Shown here: positions 10,427 to 17,494 of the stretch, in pieces | Layout: each line of letters opens with the position of its first letter | Position numbering within the stretch: position 1 is the stretch's first letter | IMG/VR virus record: IMGVR_UViG_3300045988_171102 | Strand: one strand, 5' to 3' | Source of the DNA: a virus | DNA: 64,000 bases | Made by a program: the position numbers and the translations under genes | The notes under the pieces: generated by a model | Told to the model about the DNA's origin: nothing | The model's database searches: none | The model's input: the letters and a program-made list of their open reading frames with translations, nothing else

Positions 10427-10661
10427 CCTCCTTAAAGGATATTCTGTCCGTCAGCATTCTACTTTCAAGACACATCTTGTAAGTACACATTGCTTCAAGT
10501 TGTCTTGAATAGATTGCCCTTGAGGGCTTTGGGACAAACGAAAGTTGTCCGTTGTCCCATTTATTAAGAAACACTCTCAGTTTACTAATCCTATCTACGA
10601 GTTCTTTATACTCAGATAAAAGTCTGGTTTTATAGTCGTTCATTTTCATCTCACCCCTCAA
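10413..10661 (-). CDS. hypothetical protein
   Basis: 82-aa ORF tiling the operon. Confidence 0.5.
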   Translation of the reverse strand: MRGEMKMNDYKTRLLSEYKELVDRISKLRVFLNKWDNGQLSFVPKPSRAIYSRQLEAMCTYKMCLESRMLTDRISFKEVENV

Positions 10662-10959
10662 TTGTCTTTATTTCAAGCGTTGCTTCGTTAGCAAACTCAA
10701 TGTAAATATAATGAACTCTATATTCTAAGTAGCTAACTAATTGTGTTGGTGGCGTTTCGTTGGTAATCAATGCCGATATAATAGTCTTAATTACTTGGTC
10801 AAATTCATTCTCTGATATTGTCAGTGATATGCCGGCGTTAGGGTTGTCCTGTACAAAGCTAAGCAAGGACTCATAATCAATGTTCTTATGCAAAACTAAG
10901 CTCCTCCTTTGACTTATACTTTTCTTTATATGAACCGTGACTGTTTGTATGCTTGGCAA
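10651..10959 (-). CDS. hypothetical protein
   Basis: Track ORF. A TTG at 10893 preceded by AGGAGG may be the true start. Confidence 0.45.
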   Translation of the reverse strand: MPSIQTVTVHIKKSISQRRSLVLHKNIDYESLLSFVQDNPNAGISLTISENEFDQVIKTIISALITNETPPTQLVSYLEYRVHYIYIEFANEATLEIKTIEG

Positions 10960-11266
10960 GGATTTCCCATTTGCTATCTTCTACCAATTCGTCAACGAGT
11001 ATTTCGTCATACACGCCCCTAAAATCGTTTGTAATTAACGAATCTTTATAGATGGTGATTGTGCCTGTTCTAAAGGAAATATGGTCATAGGTTAAATATG
11101 ACGAAGTATTCCAGTATGTATCGTTCATAATCGCCTGTTCGAGAACTGAAACAGAAATTTCGTCAAAATCTTTGTTATCTTTAAGGACAATAAGGTAATT
11201 GTAATTTTTGTTACTGCAACGCTCAATTGCTCTTTCAAGAGTTCTATCAGTTAAATAGTAAATCAT
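10886..11266 (-). CDS. hypothetical protein
   Basis: 126-aa ORF tiling the operon. Confidence 0.5.
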   Translation of the reverse strand: MIYYLTDRTLERAIERCSNKNYNYLIVLKDNKDFDEISVSVLEQAIMNDTYWNTSSYLTYDHISFRTGTITIYKDSLITNDFRGVYDEILVDELVEDSKWEILAKHTNSHGSYKEKYKSKEELSFA

Positions 11267-11484
11267 ATATATCTCCTATCTTTTATTATCATACGAGCCA
11301 CTCTTTTGTGACAATACGGACAATCTGTTATATATGCTAAGTCACCTGAAGTTGCTATCAGTTTGTAGTCATCCTTATCTGCGTCAAAAACGCACTTACA
11401 TCTAAGACAATTAAATCTAATTACTGGTGATTTAAAATCGCCTTCTCTAATAATTTGAATCATTTTATTCACCTTTGTGTGCAA
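11263..11484 (-). CDS. small zinc-ribbon protein (paralog family 1 of 3)
   Basis: MIQIIREGD...CLRCKC...CPYCHK has two CxxC pairs. It shares the M-x-I-I-(R/K)-(Q/E)-G start with 11856..12050 and 12283..12507. Confidence 0.55.
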   Translation of the reverse strand: MHTKVNKMIQIIREGDFKSPVIRFNCLRCKCVFDADKDDYKLIATSGDLAYITDCPYCHKRVARMIIKDRRYI

Positions 11485-11522
11485 ATTTAACTACCGCACT
11501 AAACAATTTATTCATATAATAT

Positions 11523-11804
11523 CTATTGTAAAACATCTTCATTTACTGCTTGACGCAAGTGTTGAAACACCCAATCACAATCCGTAATGAATATGTCATT
11601 GCATTTATCGAAAGAGCCTTCTCCAGACTCAAAGAAGTGGTCAAGATTTTCACGATAATGAAGATATGGGTAATAAAGATAGCAGAATAAGTACGATCTA
11701 CTATCTGAAGCGTTTTCTTTTCGGAATTGAGATATCCATTGGTTAATACTATTACGCTGATACCCAAGTGAATACATCAGTTTTTTAAATCTTTTTCGAG
11801 TCAT
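11523..11804 (-). CDS. hypothetical protein
   Basis: 93-aa ORF. The nested 11543..11767 ORF is in another frame and I discarded it. Confidence 0.45.
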   Translation of the reverse strand: MTRKRFKKLMYSLGYQRNSINQWISQFRKENASDSRSYLFCYLYYPYLHYRENLDHFFESGEGSFDKCNDIFITDCDWVFQHLRQAVNEDVLQ

Positions 11805-11855
11805 TTCGAGTCATAATCCTTTCCGTTGCATTTGCAATATATTAAAATCTTTCTT

Positions 11856-12050
11856 TTAAAAATATTCTTGAATTTCATGTCCACACCACGGACACCGAAC
11901 ATACATGCAGTCATCATATATAAGGTCTCCATGATGTGTTTCATTAATATTAAAACGAAATTGACAATGACATCTCGGACATTCTTTTTCATACATTGTT
12001 TCAACTACTTGCAATTCAGGTTTGCCTTGTCTAATAATTTCCATAGTCAC
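11856..12050 (-). CDS. small zinc-ribbon protein (paralog 2 of 3)
   Basis: MEIIRQGKPELQ...CPRCHC...CPWCGH. I preferred it to the overlapping 11801..12004 ORF because of its paralogy. Confidence 0.55.
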   Translation of the reverse strand: MTMEIIRQGKPELQVVETMYEKECPRCHCQFRFNINETHHGDLIYDDCMYVRCPWCGHEIQEYF

Positions 12051-12282
12051 ACTCCTTTATTACATTGTGTTTTATATCACTCTCTATCCAATCATATTCT
12101 TGAATGTCGTAATACGCCTCAGCACACTCACGAGAACAGAAGATATTGTCGTATTTATCTCGAAAATATGTATAGTCATATCTTAATTTGTTACTACACT
12201 GATGACAGACTGCCATAACTGGTGGATCGAGAGCATGAGGACAAGTGGGTTTGCAAGGCAAGTTTTTGCATACATTACACAT
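12031..12282 (-). CDS. cysteine-rich small protein
   Basis: 83 aa with several CxxC-like pairs (CNVCKN, CHQCSN, CSREC). Confidence 0.5.
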   Translation of the reverse strand: MCNVCKNLPCKPTCPHALDPPVMAVCHQCSNKLRYDYTYFRDKYDNIFCSRECAEAYYDIQEYDWIESDIKHNVIKECDYGNY

Positions 12283-12507
12283 CTAATTCTCCTCAAAATT
12301 AAAAATTCCATAAATTTCTGTGTTACACCAAGGATAAACAATCCATTCATCCCAGTCCTCGTCCTCCCAGTCGTAACTTATGTTTGTGGCATAATGTGTG
12401 TCATAATCATCATATTGAAATACACATCCACATTCTGAACAGGATATTGTATTTGGTTTTGATGGTTTGATTTGCAACTCAGGTTTGCCTTGTTTGATGA
12501 TTTTCAT
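12283..12507 (-). CDS. small zinc-ribbon protein (paralog 3 of 3)
   Basis: MKIIKQGKPELQIK...CSECGC...YPWCNTEI. Confidence 0.55.
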   Translation of the reverse strand: MKIIKQGKPELQIKPSKPNTISCSECGCVFQYDDYDTHYATNISYDWEDEDWDEWIVYPWCNTEIYGIFNFEEN

Positions 12508-12526
12508 TGTTGTGTTTTCACCTTCT

Positions 12527-12979
12527 TCAACAAATAATCTCAGTTACATCATCTTTGTTATTCAAGATGTCTAATAGGTTAAAAACATCGTAACATAATC
12601 TCTTCTTACACTGATTAAAATGATCAGAATCGACAGAACCGTTATAATCATATTCTGCTGTCCAATGTGCCCATTCATCTAAATTAGTATGGATATCGTT
12701 ACAAAGTTCCAGAGACAATTCTTTAATATCGATATCTTGATGACTTACACTGTATTGACAATTTTCATCTTCCGTTATGATAATCGTGTCTAACAAATCA
12801 AACACAATCCAATAATTCACGCCCTCGGCATCGAAACATACAACTTCGGGTTTTTGATTGCTAAAAACATTGCAAAAGGCATTCAGTAGAACTACAGGCA
12901 CATCGTCTATATAACTTAATTTGCCTGTCCAATCGCCAATTGTAATATCTGTCCAACCGAATTGTGGTTTTGAAAGCAT
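12527..12979 (-). CDS. hypothetical protein
   Basis: 150-aa acidic ORF preceded by AAGGAG. Confidence 0.55.
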   Translation of the reverse strand: MLSKPQFGWTDITIGDWTGKLSYIDDVPVVLLNAFCNVFSNQKPEVVCFDAEGVNYWIVFDLLDTIIITEDENCQYSVSHQDIDIKELSLELCNDIHTNLDEWAHWTAEYDYNGSVDSDHFNQCKKRLCYDVFNLLDILNNKDDVTEIIC

Positions 12980-12983
12980 TAAA

Positions 12984-13208
12984 TCACTCCTTTATCAAAT
13001 ACAAATAACTATATCCTCCTGTGTTGCCTAATGGAGATACAGTTAAAGCCATCGCAATATGATTACCGGAATAAACTCTGTTTCCTTGCCTATATTGTTT
13101 ACCGAAGTTTATTTCACCCACACCTCCAACTATTTTTGTAACATTCTCAGAAACAGACGGAGTATTTAAGTCTGAGAAGCCTGAAAATTTATTTCTGGTA
13201 TGTAAAAA
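12984..13208 (-). pseudogene. start-less relic of a C5-methyltransferase target-recognition domain (cassette H)
   Basis: My translation of the open frame gives ...NVTKIVGGVGEINFGKQYRQGNRVYSGNHIAMALTVSPLGNTGGYSYLYLIKE*. This is a typical C5-MTase TRD pattern (vG....kqy.q.nRVYs..g.a.aLt....gg). There is no ATG, GTG or TTG, and the frame overlaps the 3' end of 13166..13843. Confidence 0.6.
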
Positions 13209-13843
13209 TTATTGGCATTTTCGTTTTCATATAACATATCTAATGCTGTTTCAAAAGCTCCAATGCCAGAAAAATAACTACCTACTTTTAGGTCATCAAA
13301 CAAATACGGCATTGCTTTATATAATTCCACATAAATGTGATAAAGAACATGTGTAACAATACTGTTTCCTGCCTGCTTATAAAGTTGAGTGTTGCTAATA
13401 CCTGCATTTTTTGCTTTTTCAAAAGCGTCATCTGAAAAACCCATAAGTCTCCAACATTCTTTTGGCGTTAATTTTCTAATGCGGTACTGAGTTTTGTCTA
13501 CCACGGCACTGTCAATGCCGTGGTTTTCTTTAACGGTTGCTGAAACGCCTTTTGTGTCAACAATCCTACTTGCTTCGTGATTGCTCGGCATATAATTACC
13601 AAGCACATTAATATCATTATTAGTTATCTTATCTATTTTTCTCACTCCTGTTTCTGTTGCTGTAATAGTGGGACAAATAGTGCCACACTCTTGAACTCTT
13701 CCTCTGCGTGTTTTACTACTTGGGTAACTTAAATCAGCTACCCCCCCGTTTTCACATTCAATATATCCTCTCTTTGTCGCTTGTTTGATTAAAATATTAT
13801 CCGACTTATCATAAATTTCGATAACTCTTTTACCCCCCCACAT
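13166..13843 (-). CDS. C5-cytosine DNA methyltransferase, C-terminal half (TRD, motif IX, motif X, then motif I)
   Basis: In order: TRD-like RRGRVQECGTICPTITATETG, motif IX YRIRKLTPKECWRLMGF, motif X LYKQAGNSIV, then without a stop KAMPYLFDDLKVGSYFSGIGAFETAL (FxGxG motif I). The MWGG start is inside a G7 tract and is probably not a real start. Confidence 0.8.
   Translation of the reverse strand: MWGGKRVIEIYDKSDNILIKQATKRGYIECENGGVADLSYPSSKTRRGRVQECGTICPTITATETGVRKIDKITNNDINVLGNYMPSNHEASRIVDTKGVSATVKENHGIDSAVVDKTQYRIRKLTPKECWRLMGFSDDAFEKAKNAGISNTQLYKQAGNSIVTHVLYHIYVELYKAMPYLFDDLKVGSYFSGIGAFETALDMLYENENANNFYIPEINFQASQT
13741..13747 (-). repeat. G7 homopolymer (C7 on plus strand), in frame in MTase C-half (ENGGV)
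   Basis: Read directly from the sequence. It encodes Gly-Gly. Confidence 0.95.
13833..13839 (-). repeat. G7 homopolymer at junction of TRD cassette F and the MTase C-half
   Basis: Read directly from the sequence. G8 or G5 would fuse ...GTIRTIECGG to KRVIEIYDK... Confidence 0.95.
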
Positions 13844-13964
13844 TCAATTGTTCGTATTGTTCCACACACATTATCTTTAAACAGACGATAACCTTCATCT
13901 GTTCTATATTCACACGGAATCTTTTTCATTTATCTTCCTTTCAATAATAAACGGTTGTAGATTA

Positions 13965-13970
13965 CCCCCC
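13965..13970 (-). repeat. G6 homopolymer, in frame in TRD cassette E (CQGGN)
   Basis: Read directly from the sequence, within GGGGGGTAAT. Confidence 0.95.
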
Positions 13971-14268
13971 TGACAGGTATTAATTGTGGGAGCAATATAT
14001 TCTGTATTGTAAACTCTTCCTCTACTCGGATTATCACGATTCGGATTCGGAGTTATATTGCCTATTTGTTTGATTATATTTGTTTTCATTATTAATCCTT
14101 ACTAATATTTTTGTTGCATCTTTATATTGAGAAACTGGTAAACAACAGCAAGCACCACTCGTTGAATACACTATTCCTTTTTTGCCCCCTACACCGAGAG
14201 TGCCGTATTTAATAATTTTGTGATTTTTTCAATTTTTTGTCTCCTTAACAATAATCATTGGTTTATTA

Positions 14269-14275
14269 CCCCCCC
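14269..14275 (-). repeat. G7 homopolymer at junction of TRD cassettes C and D
   Basis: Read directly from the sequence, within GGGGGGGTAAT. G8 or G5 would give ...TMSGGNKPMIIVKE, matching the cassette E pattern GGNLQPFIIE. Confidence 0.95.
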
Positions 14276-14521
14276 ACTCATTGTAAGTATGGTTGGAGAA
14301 ATATATAAACTATCACAAACAGCACCACGACCACTTGCGAACTACCCTTTATTTTTATATACACACCCCAATATGATAGGCTTTATGTTATTTATTTTGA
14401 TTTTGAATCACTCCGTTCATAGCTTGATTTCCAAATCCTTTATAATCTCTTGCGAGTAAAGTATTAGCGACATCAACTTCTTTGTCAAATTGACTACATT
14501 GCTTTGAGAATAGTCCGGTTT

Positions 14522-15319
14522 TTATACCTGAACCATATCCCATTGATGTCGGTCTATGCTTCCTCGCCCCCCAGTTCTTACGGTGTTGGAGATATCTTTT
14601 TCTAATTTTCCGCTATCAATCAAAGTTTCAATTAACTCGTTTGCTTTTGGCGTATTAACATAATATTTTTCTTCAACGCTATCTTCTGTAACATCTTTAA
14701 ATCGAACACCGTTATCAAATGGCTCAGGGAACTTAAACTGACCATTGTCTAACTCTTTTTTTATAATAATTAAGTACACACGCTCTCTATTTTGTGGTAT
14801 TCCGTAATTTTTAGCATTTAAAACTTGCCAATATGTATTGTAGCCGTATTCGTGAAGTTCGTTAATAAACATATCGAAGGTCTCTTTGAATTTTTTACCC
14901 ACAATATTTTTTACATTTTCGTAAATTCCCCATTTAGGTTTATTCGCCCTAATAATTCTTAACCATTCGACAAGCAAGGAACTCCTTGTCTTATCAAGAT
15001 TACAACTACCACAATTTGGACATTTATCTCTTGTGGAAAAATGTACTGTAAGCGGATTATATTCATGTTGACAATCTTTGCATTTCCACATACTGCCTGC
15101 CTGTTTACCCGATATTGAAAAATCTTGGCAAGGACTGCCTCCGCATATCATAGTAAATGGTTTTAAATTATTTTCATCAACCTTTGTTATATCTCCTAAA
15201 TTTAAACTTTCGTCCACACCATGAACTGCACAATAACTTTTTGTTGCGTATTTATCAAACTCGCAAAAGTTTACAAGTTCATAATTTTTACCTTTTAAAA
15301 CTCGTGTTTTATCTGCCAT
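14522..15319 (-). CDS. C5-cytosine DNA methyltransferase, catalytic half (motifs II-VIII plus first TRD), lacking motif I
   Basis: GGSPCQDFS (motif IV), IYENVKNIV (motif VI) and GIPQNRERVYLI (motif VIII) are present. By recall it resembles the SPbeta/SPR/phi3T multispecific MTases (YELVNFCEFDKYATKSYCAVHGVDESLNLGDITKV). The start at MADKT follows GAGGTG. No FxGxG is present. The track ORF extends to 15349. Confidence 0.85.
   Translation of the reverse strand: MADKTRVLKGKNYELVNFCEFDKYATKSYCAVHGVDESLNLGDITKVDENNLKPFTMICGGSPCQDFSISGKQAGSMWKCKDCQHEYNPLTVHFSTRDKCPNCGSCNLDKTRSSLLVEWLRIIRANKPKWGIYENVKNIVGKKFKETFDMFINELHEYGYNTYWQVLNAKNYGIPQNRERVYLIIIKKELDNGQFKFPEPFDNGVRFKDVTEDSVEEKYYVNTPKANELIETLIDSGKLEKDISNTVRTGGRGSIDRHQWDMVQV
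14567..14572 (-). repeat. G6 homopolymer in TRD A of MTase N-half (RTGGRG)
   Basis: Read directly from the sequence. G7 would read through into cassette B. Confidence 0.95.
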
Positions 15320-15321
15320 TT

Positions 15322-15657
15322 TTACACCTCTGGAATTGTTGCTGTACAATATTTTGCCATTGCTTGTGTGTATTCACTTGCGGTATTTTCCAAATCTATC
15401 TCGGATTCAGTTTTAAACTTATAAATTTTATATATTCCAATAACTTCGCTCAGCACTTCAGCACCACACATAATCATATCAATGGCATTAGTCGAAAGGT
15501 TTTCGCTATCTGTAACACAAATCGCAACACTTTCTTTGCCATTAGCATTTCGTGCCAGAACCATATCTCCTTTATTAAGAGATTCATTATCTGGGACTTT
15601 GCATGTATATCTTTTTGCGTTTTTATCCTGTATGTGTCTTACTTGTACAATATACAT
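15322..15657 (-). CDS. hypothetical protein
   Basis: 111-aa ORF that ends just upstream of the MTase start. Confidence 0.5.
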   Translation of the reverse strand: MYIVQVRHIQDKNAKRYTCKVPDNESLNKGDMVLARNANGKESVAICVTDSENLSTNAIDMIMCGAEVLSEVIGIYKIYKFKTESEIDLENTASEYTQAMAKYCTATIPEV

Positions 15658-16018
15658 TTATCATTCTCCTTCTTAATTCCATTTTTTCTTTGTAAGATAG
15701 ATTGGACGGAGCGCAGAAGGTTTTAATAAGCTCCGAGTCAATGTTTTTGTCTATAATCATACTATTGTATTTCTCACCTTTACCTTTGTATTTGTCTGTA
15801 ACCACTTCAATCTTACTATTATTGCTAAATACAAACGAAGCATATCCTTTTGTTATGTGTGTGTAAATCAAATCATCACAATGCGATACAATATGATCAC
15901 ACACAACAGTAAAACCACTTCCATCTTCTTGCATTACGACAAGTACCATTAGCTCATCTAACTTTTGACACTCTTTAATGATGGCGTCAATCTGTTTTCT
16001 GCTCACAAAATGAATCAT
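15623..16018 (-). CDS. hypothetical protein
   Basis: 131-aa ORF tiling the operon. Confidence 0.5.
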   Translation of the reverse strand: MIHFVSRKQIDAIIKECQKLDELMVLVVMQEDGSGFTVVCDHIVSHCDDLIYTHITKGYASFVFSNNSKIEVVTDKYKGKGEKYNSMIIDKNIDSELIKTFCAPSNLSYKEKMELRRRMINVYCTSKTHTG

Positions 16019-16021
16019 TTA

Positions 16022-16778
16022 TCATTCTCCTTTCCATTTAAACAAACATTCGGTTTTATGTTCTTTATTTTGAGCGTTAATACTTCGTAATACAGGCTTT
16101 GACCATACTGTTTCAAAGTCATTTGGAGCATATTGTTCACTTATATATACATAATTATTTTTTGACAATCTTCTTGCAAAATTCCAAAAATCAATATGAT
16201 CAAAGTTTGTTGCAATTCCAAATTCTTTCGTATGAAAGTATGGCGGATCAAGATAAAAGCATACACCTGAATAGTCTGTTTTAAGATAACACTCATAAGA
16301 TATGCAATTCAATGATACTGTCGATAAATCGCTTGCTTGTTTTTCAAGATTGCGCTTGCTTTCTTGATAATAGTCACGGATTTTGTTACCGTTAGGTGTT
16401 TTTATACTGGTAGGCTTTGCATACCCGCCATCAAACCATCTGCCATTATACGAAGCAAGAAAACCTACATTTCCAACATACCACTGTTCGTATTTGTCTT
16501 TATCTGTCCCGTTTTTCCAAGCATCTCTCACAAGGTTGTATGTATCTCTCGACACTTCATCAAGTAAAGGTTTTCCTTCTTGTACTCTTTTGAGCAATGC
16601 TATCAGGTACGGATTTATGTCAGAACCTATACGCTCTTGACAACGAATCTTATCAATTACATTACCCCCCTCCAACAAAGGGTTCTATGTATGTAGTCAC
16701 ATGATTGCTGTCAATACATTCCTGTAATATTGGAACAATATATTTAGCAATACGAGACTTGCTTCCCATATACTTCAT
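16022..16778 (-). pseudogene. Dam-like N6-adenine DNA methyltransferase interrupted by a frameshift in a G6 tract
   Basis: AAGGAGATATTA-ATG opens MKYMGSKSRIAKYIVPILQECIDSNHVTTYIEPFVGGG* (16662..16778). The remainder (track ORF 16022..16678, carrying YLDPPYFHT) is in the -1 frame. G5 would give the canonical EPFVGGGNVIDKI. Confidence 0.8.
16665..16670 (-). repeat. G6 homopolymer at frameshift point of Dam-like gene
   Basis: Read directly from the sequence, within GGAGGGGGGTAAT. Confidence 0.95.
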
Positions 16779-16788
16779 TAATATCTCC

Positions 16789-17109
16789 TTAATCTATATA
16801 AATCGTAATTAAGTTGCCCAATTTACGATAACCAAAACAAAGATTGCCACCATCGCAAATCAGAGCCTGTTCATCTTCTGTGAAATTGAACGGATTACTT
16901 AACACCTTGTATGTAATGTTACCGTAACCATATCCCTTCTGCGTGTAACACATATAATTCTGCAAATCGTCTTGTGTAACATCGTACTTCTTTGTATAAA
17001 AGTTCAGCCAAATCAATTTTGCTTTCGGTGCAAGTTTCTTGTATATTGCAAGATTTTCTTCATGAAGTTCTTTCTCATTAGGCTTAAATGCCCACCCTGT
17101 ATTTATCAA
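16789..17109 (-). CDS. hypothetical protein
   Basis: 106-aa ORF tiling the operon. Confidence 0.5.
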   Translation of the reverse strand: MINTGWAFKPNEKELHEENLAIYKKLAPKAKLIWLNFYTKKYDVTQDDLQNYMCYTQKGYGYGNITYKVLSNPFNFTEDEQALICDGGNLCFGYRKLGNLITIYID

Positions 17110-17489
17110 TGAATTACCTCCTCGACAATCTTCGTTCTTGGGACATACATTCTTCTACGCTGTTTGTCCTCAATTTTTCTGGTCTCTCCCAGAACTTTCT
17201 GTAATGATTTTAACGCATCAGAATGTGACTGAATCCATTCTACTAATGGAGCATTAAGTTCTACACTATCTTTTGCTTTTCTACGGTTCTCTCTAACTTT
17301 CGTTAAAGCTTTCCCAAGTTTGGCAGTGTCGTGATACGACACATCTTCAAGTTCAAGTTTATGTAAGATATCTTGTGTTTCGTAGTCGTGCAATGATTCG
17401 TTTTTAATATTGTTTTGAAAATCTTCAGTTGTTTGTGTGAAAAAGTTGATTGTATCTTCTAACTCTTTAGCTGTTTTGATTTTCGTCAT
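17106..17489 (-). CDS. hypothetical coiled-coil protein (paralog of 17495..17935)
   Basis: Both proteins end in a similar basic tail: KQRRRMYVPRTKIVEEVI here, QSKRHYVQRTNVVKETL in the neighbour. Confidence 0.5.
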   Translation of the reverse strand: MTKIKTAKELEDTINFFTQTTEDFQNNIKNESLHDYETQDILHKLELEDVSYHDTAKLGKALTKVRENRRKAKDSVELNAPLVEWIQSHSDALKSLQKVLGETRKIEDKQRRRMYVPRTKIVEEVIH

Positions 17490-17494
17490 CTCCT

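Larger units (their letters stand above)
13844..14521 (-). other. array of tandem C5-MTase target-recognition-domain cassettes (B-F) in alternating reading frames
   Basis: My translations, with frame defined as first-codon-base coordinate mod 3. B is 14388..14543 (frame 2), MGYGSG..VANTLLARDYKGFGNQAMNGVI. C is about 14255..14405 (frame 1), ..FASGRGAVCDSLYISPTILTMSGG. D is 14034..14228 (frame 2), KIIKYGTLGVGGKKGIVYSTSGACCCLPVSQYKDATKILV. E is 13910..14089 (frame 1), MKTNIIKQIGNITPNPNRDNPSRGRVYNTEYIAPTINTCQGGNLQPFII. F is 13789..13929 (frame 0), MKKIPCEYRTDEGYRLFKDNVCGTIRTIECGG. Confidence 0.75.

Noticed and set aside
11801-12004. A 67-aa minus-strand ORF overlapping 11856..12050.
   Set aside because: The overlapping 11856..12050 frame encodes a clear paralog of two neighbouring zinc-ribbon proteins. 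This frame has no such support.
14229-14344. Alternative genetic code or suppressor-tRNA readthrough as an explanation for the in-frame TAG and TGA.
   Set aside because: The two encoded tRNAs have anticodons UAA and UUG, not CUA or UCA. All other genes in the window terminate normally at TAA, TAG or TGA with standard operon packing.
13844-14521. A third self-splicing intron, or an intein, separating the two C5-MTase halves, by analogy with nrdD and dnaE.
   Set aside because: The spacer is AT-rich and has no P1-type pairing at its borders. It is densely filled with TRD-like coding cassettes in three frames, and the flanking halves are not a simple split of one conserved motif.
15157-15726. 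Long plus-strand ORFs in the track. Examples are 15157..15726, 11826..12218, 21876..22250, 20854..21225, 41679..42008, 51230..51652, 59833..60291, 60422..60823 and 60792..61136.
   Set aside because: They lie antisense to well-supported minus-strand genes. Their composition is low-complexity, rich in Phe, Leu, Ile, Ser and Cys, as expected for shadow ORFs in AT-rich DNA. They lack SD sequences and do not tile with their neighbours.
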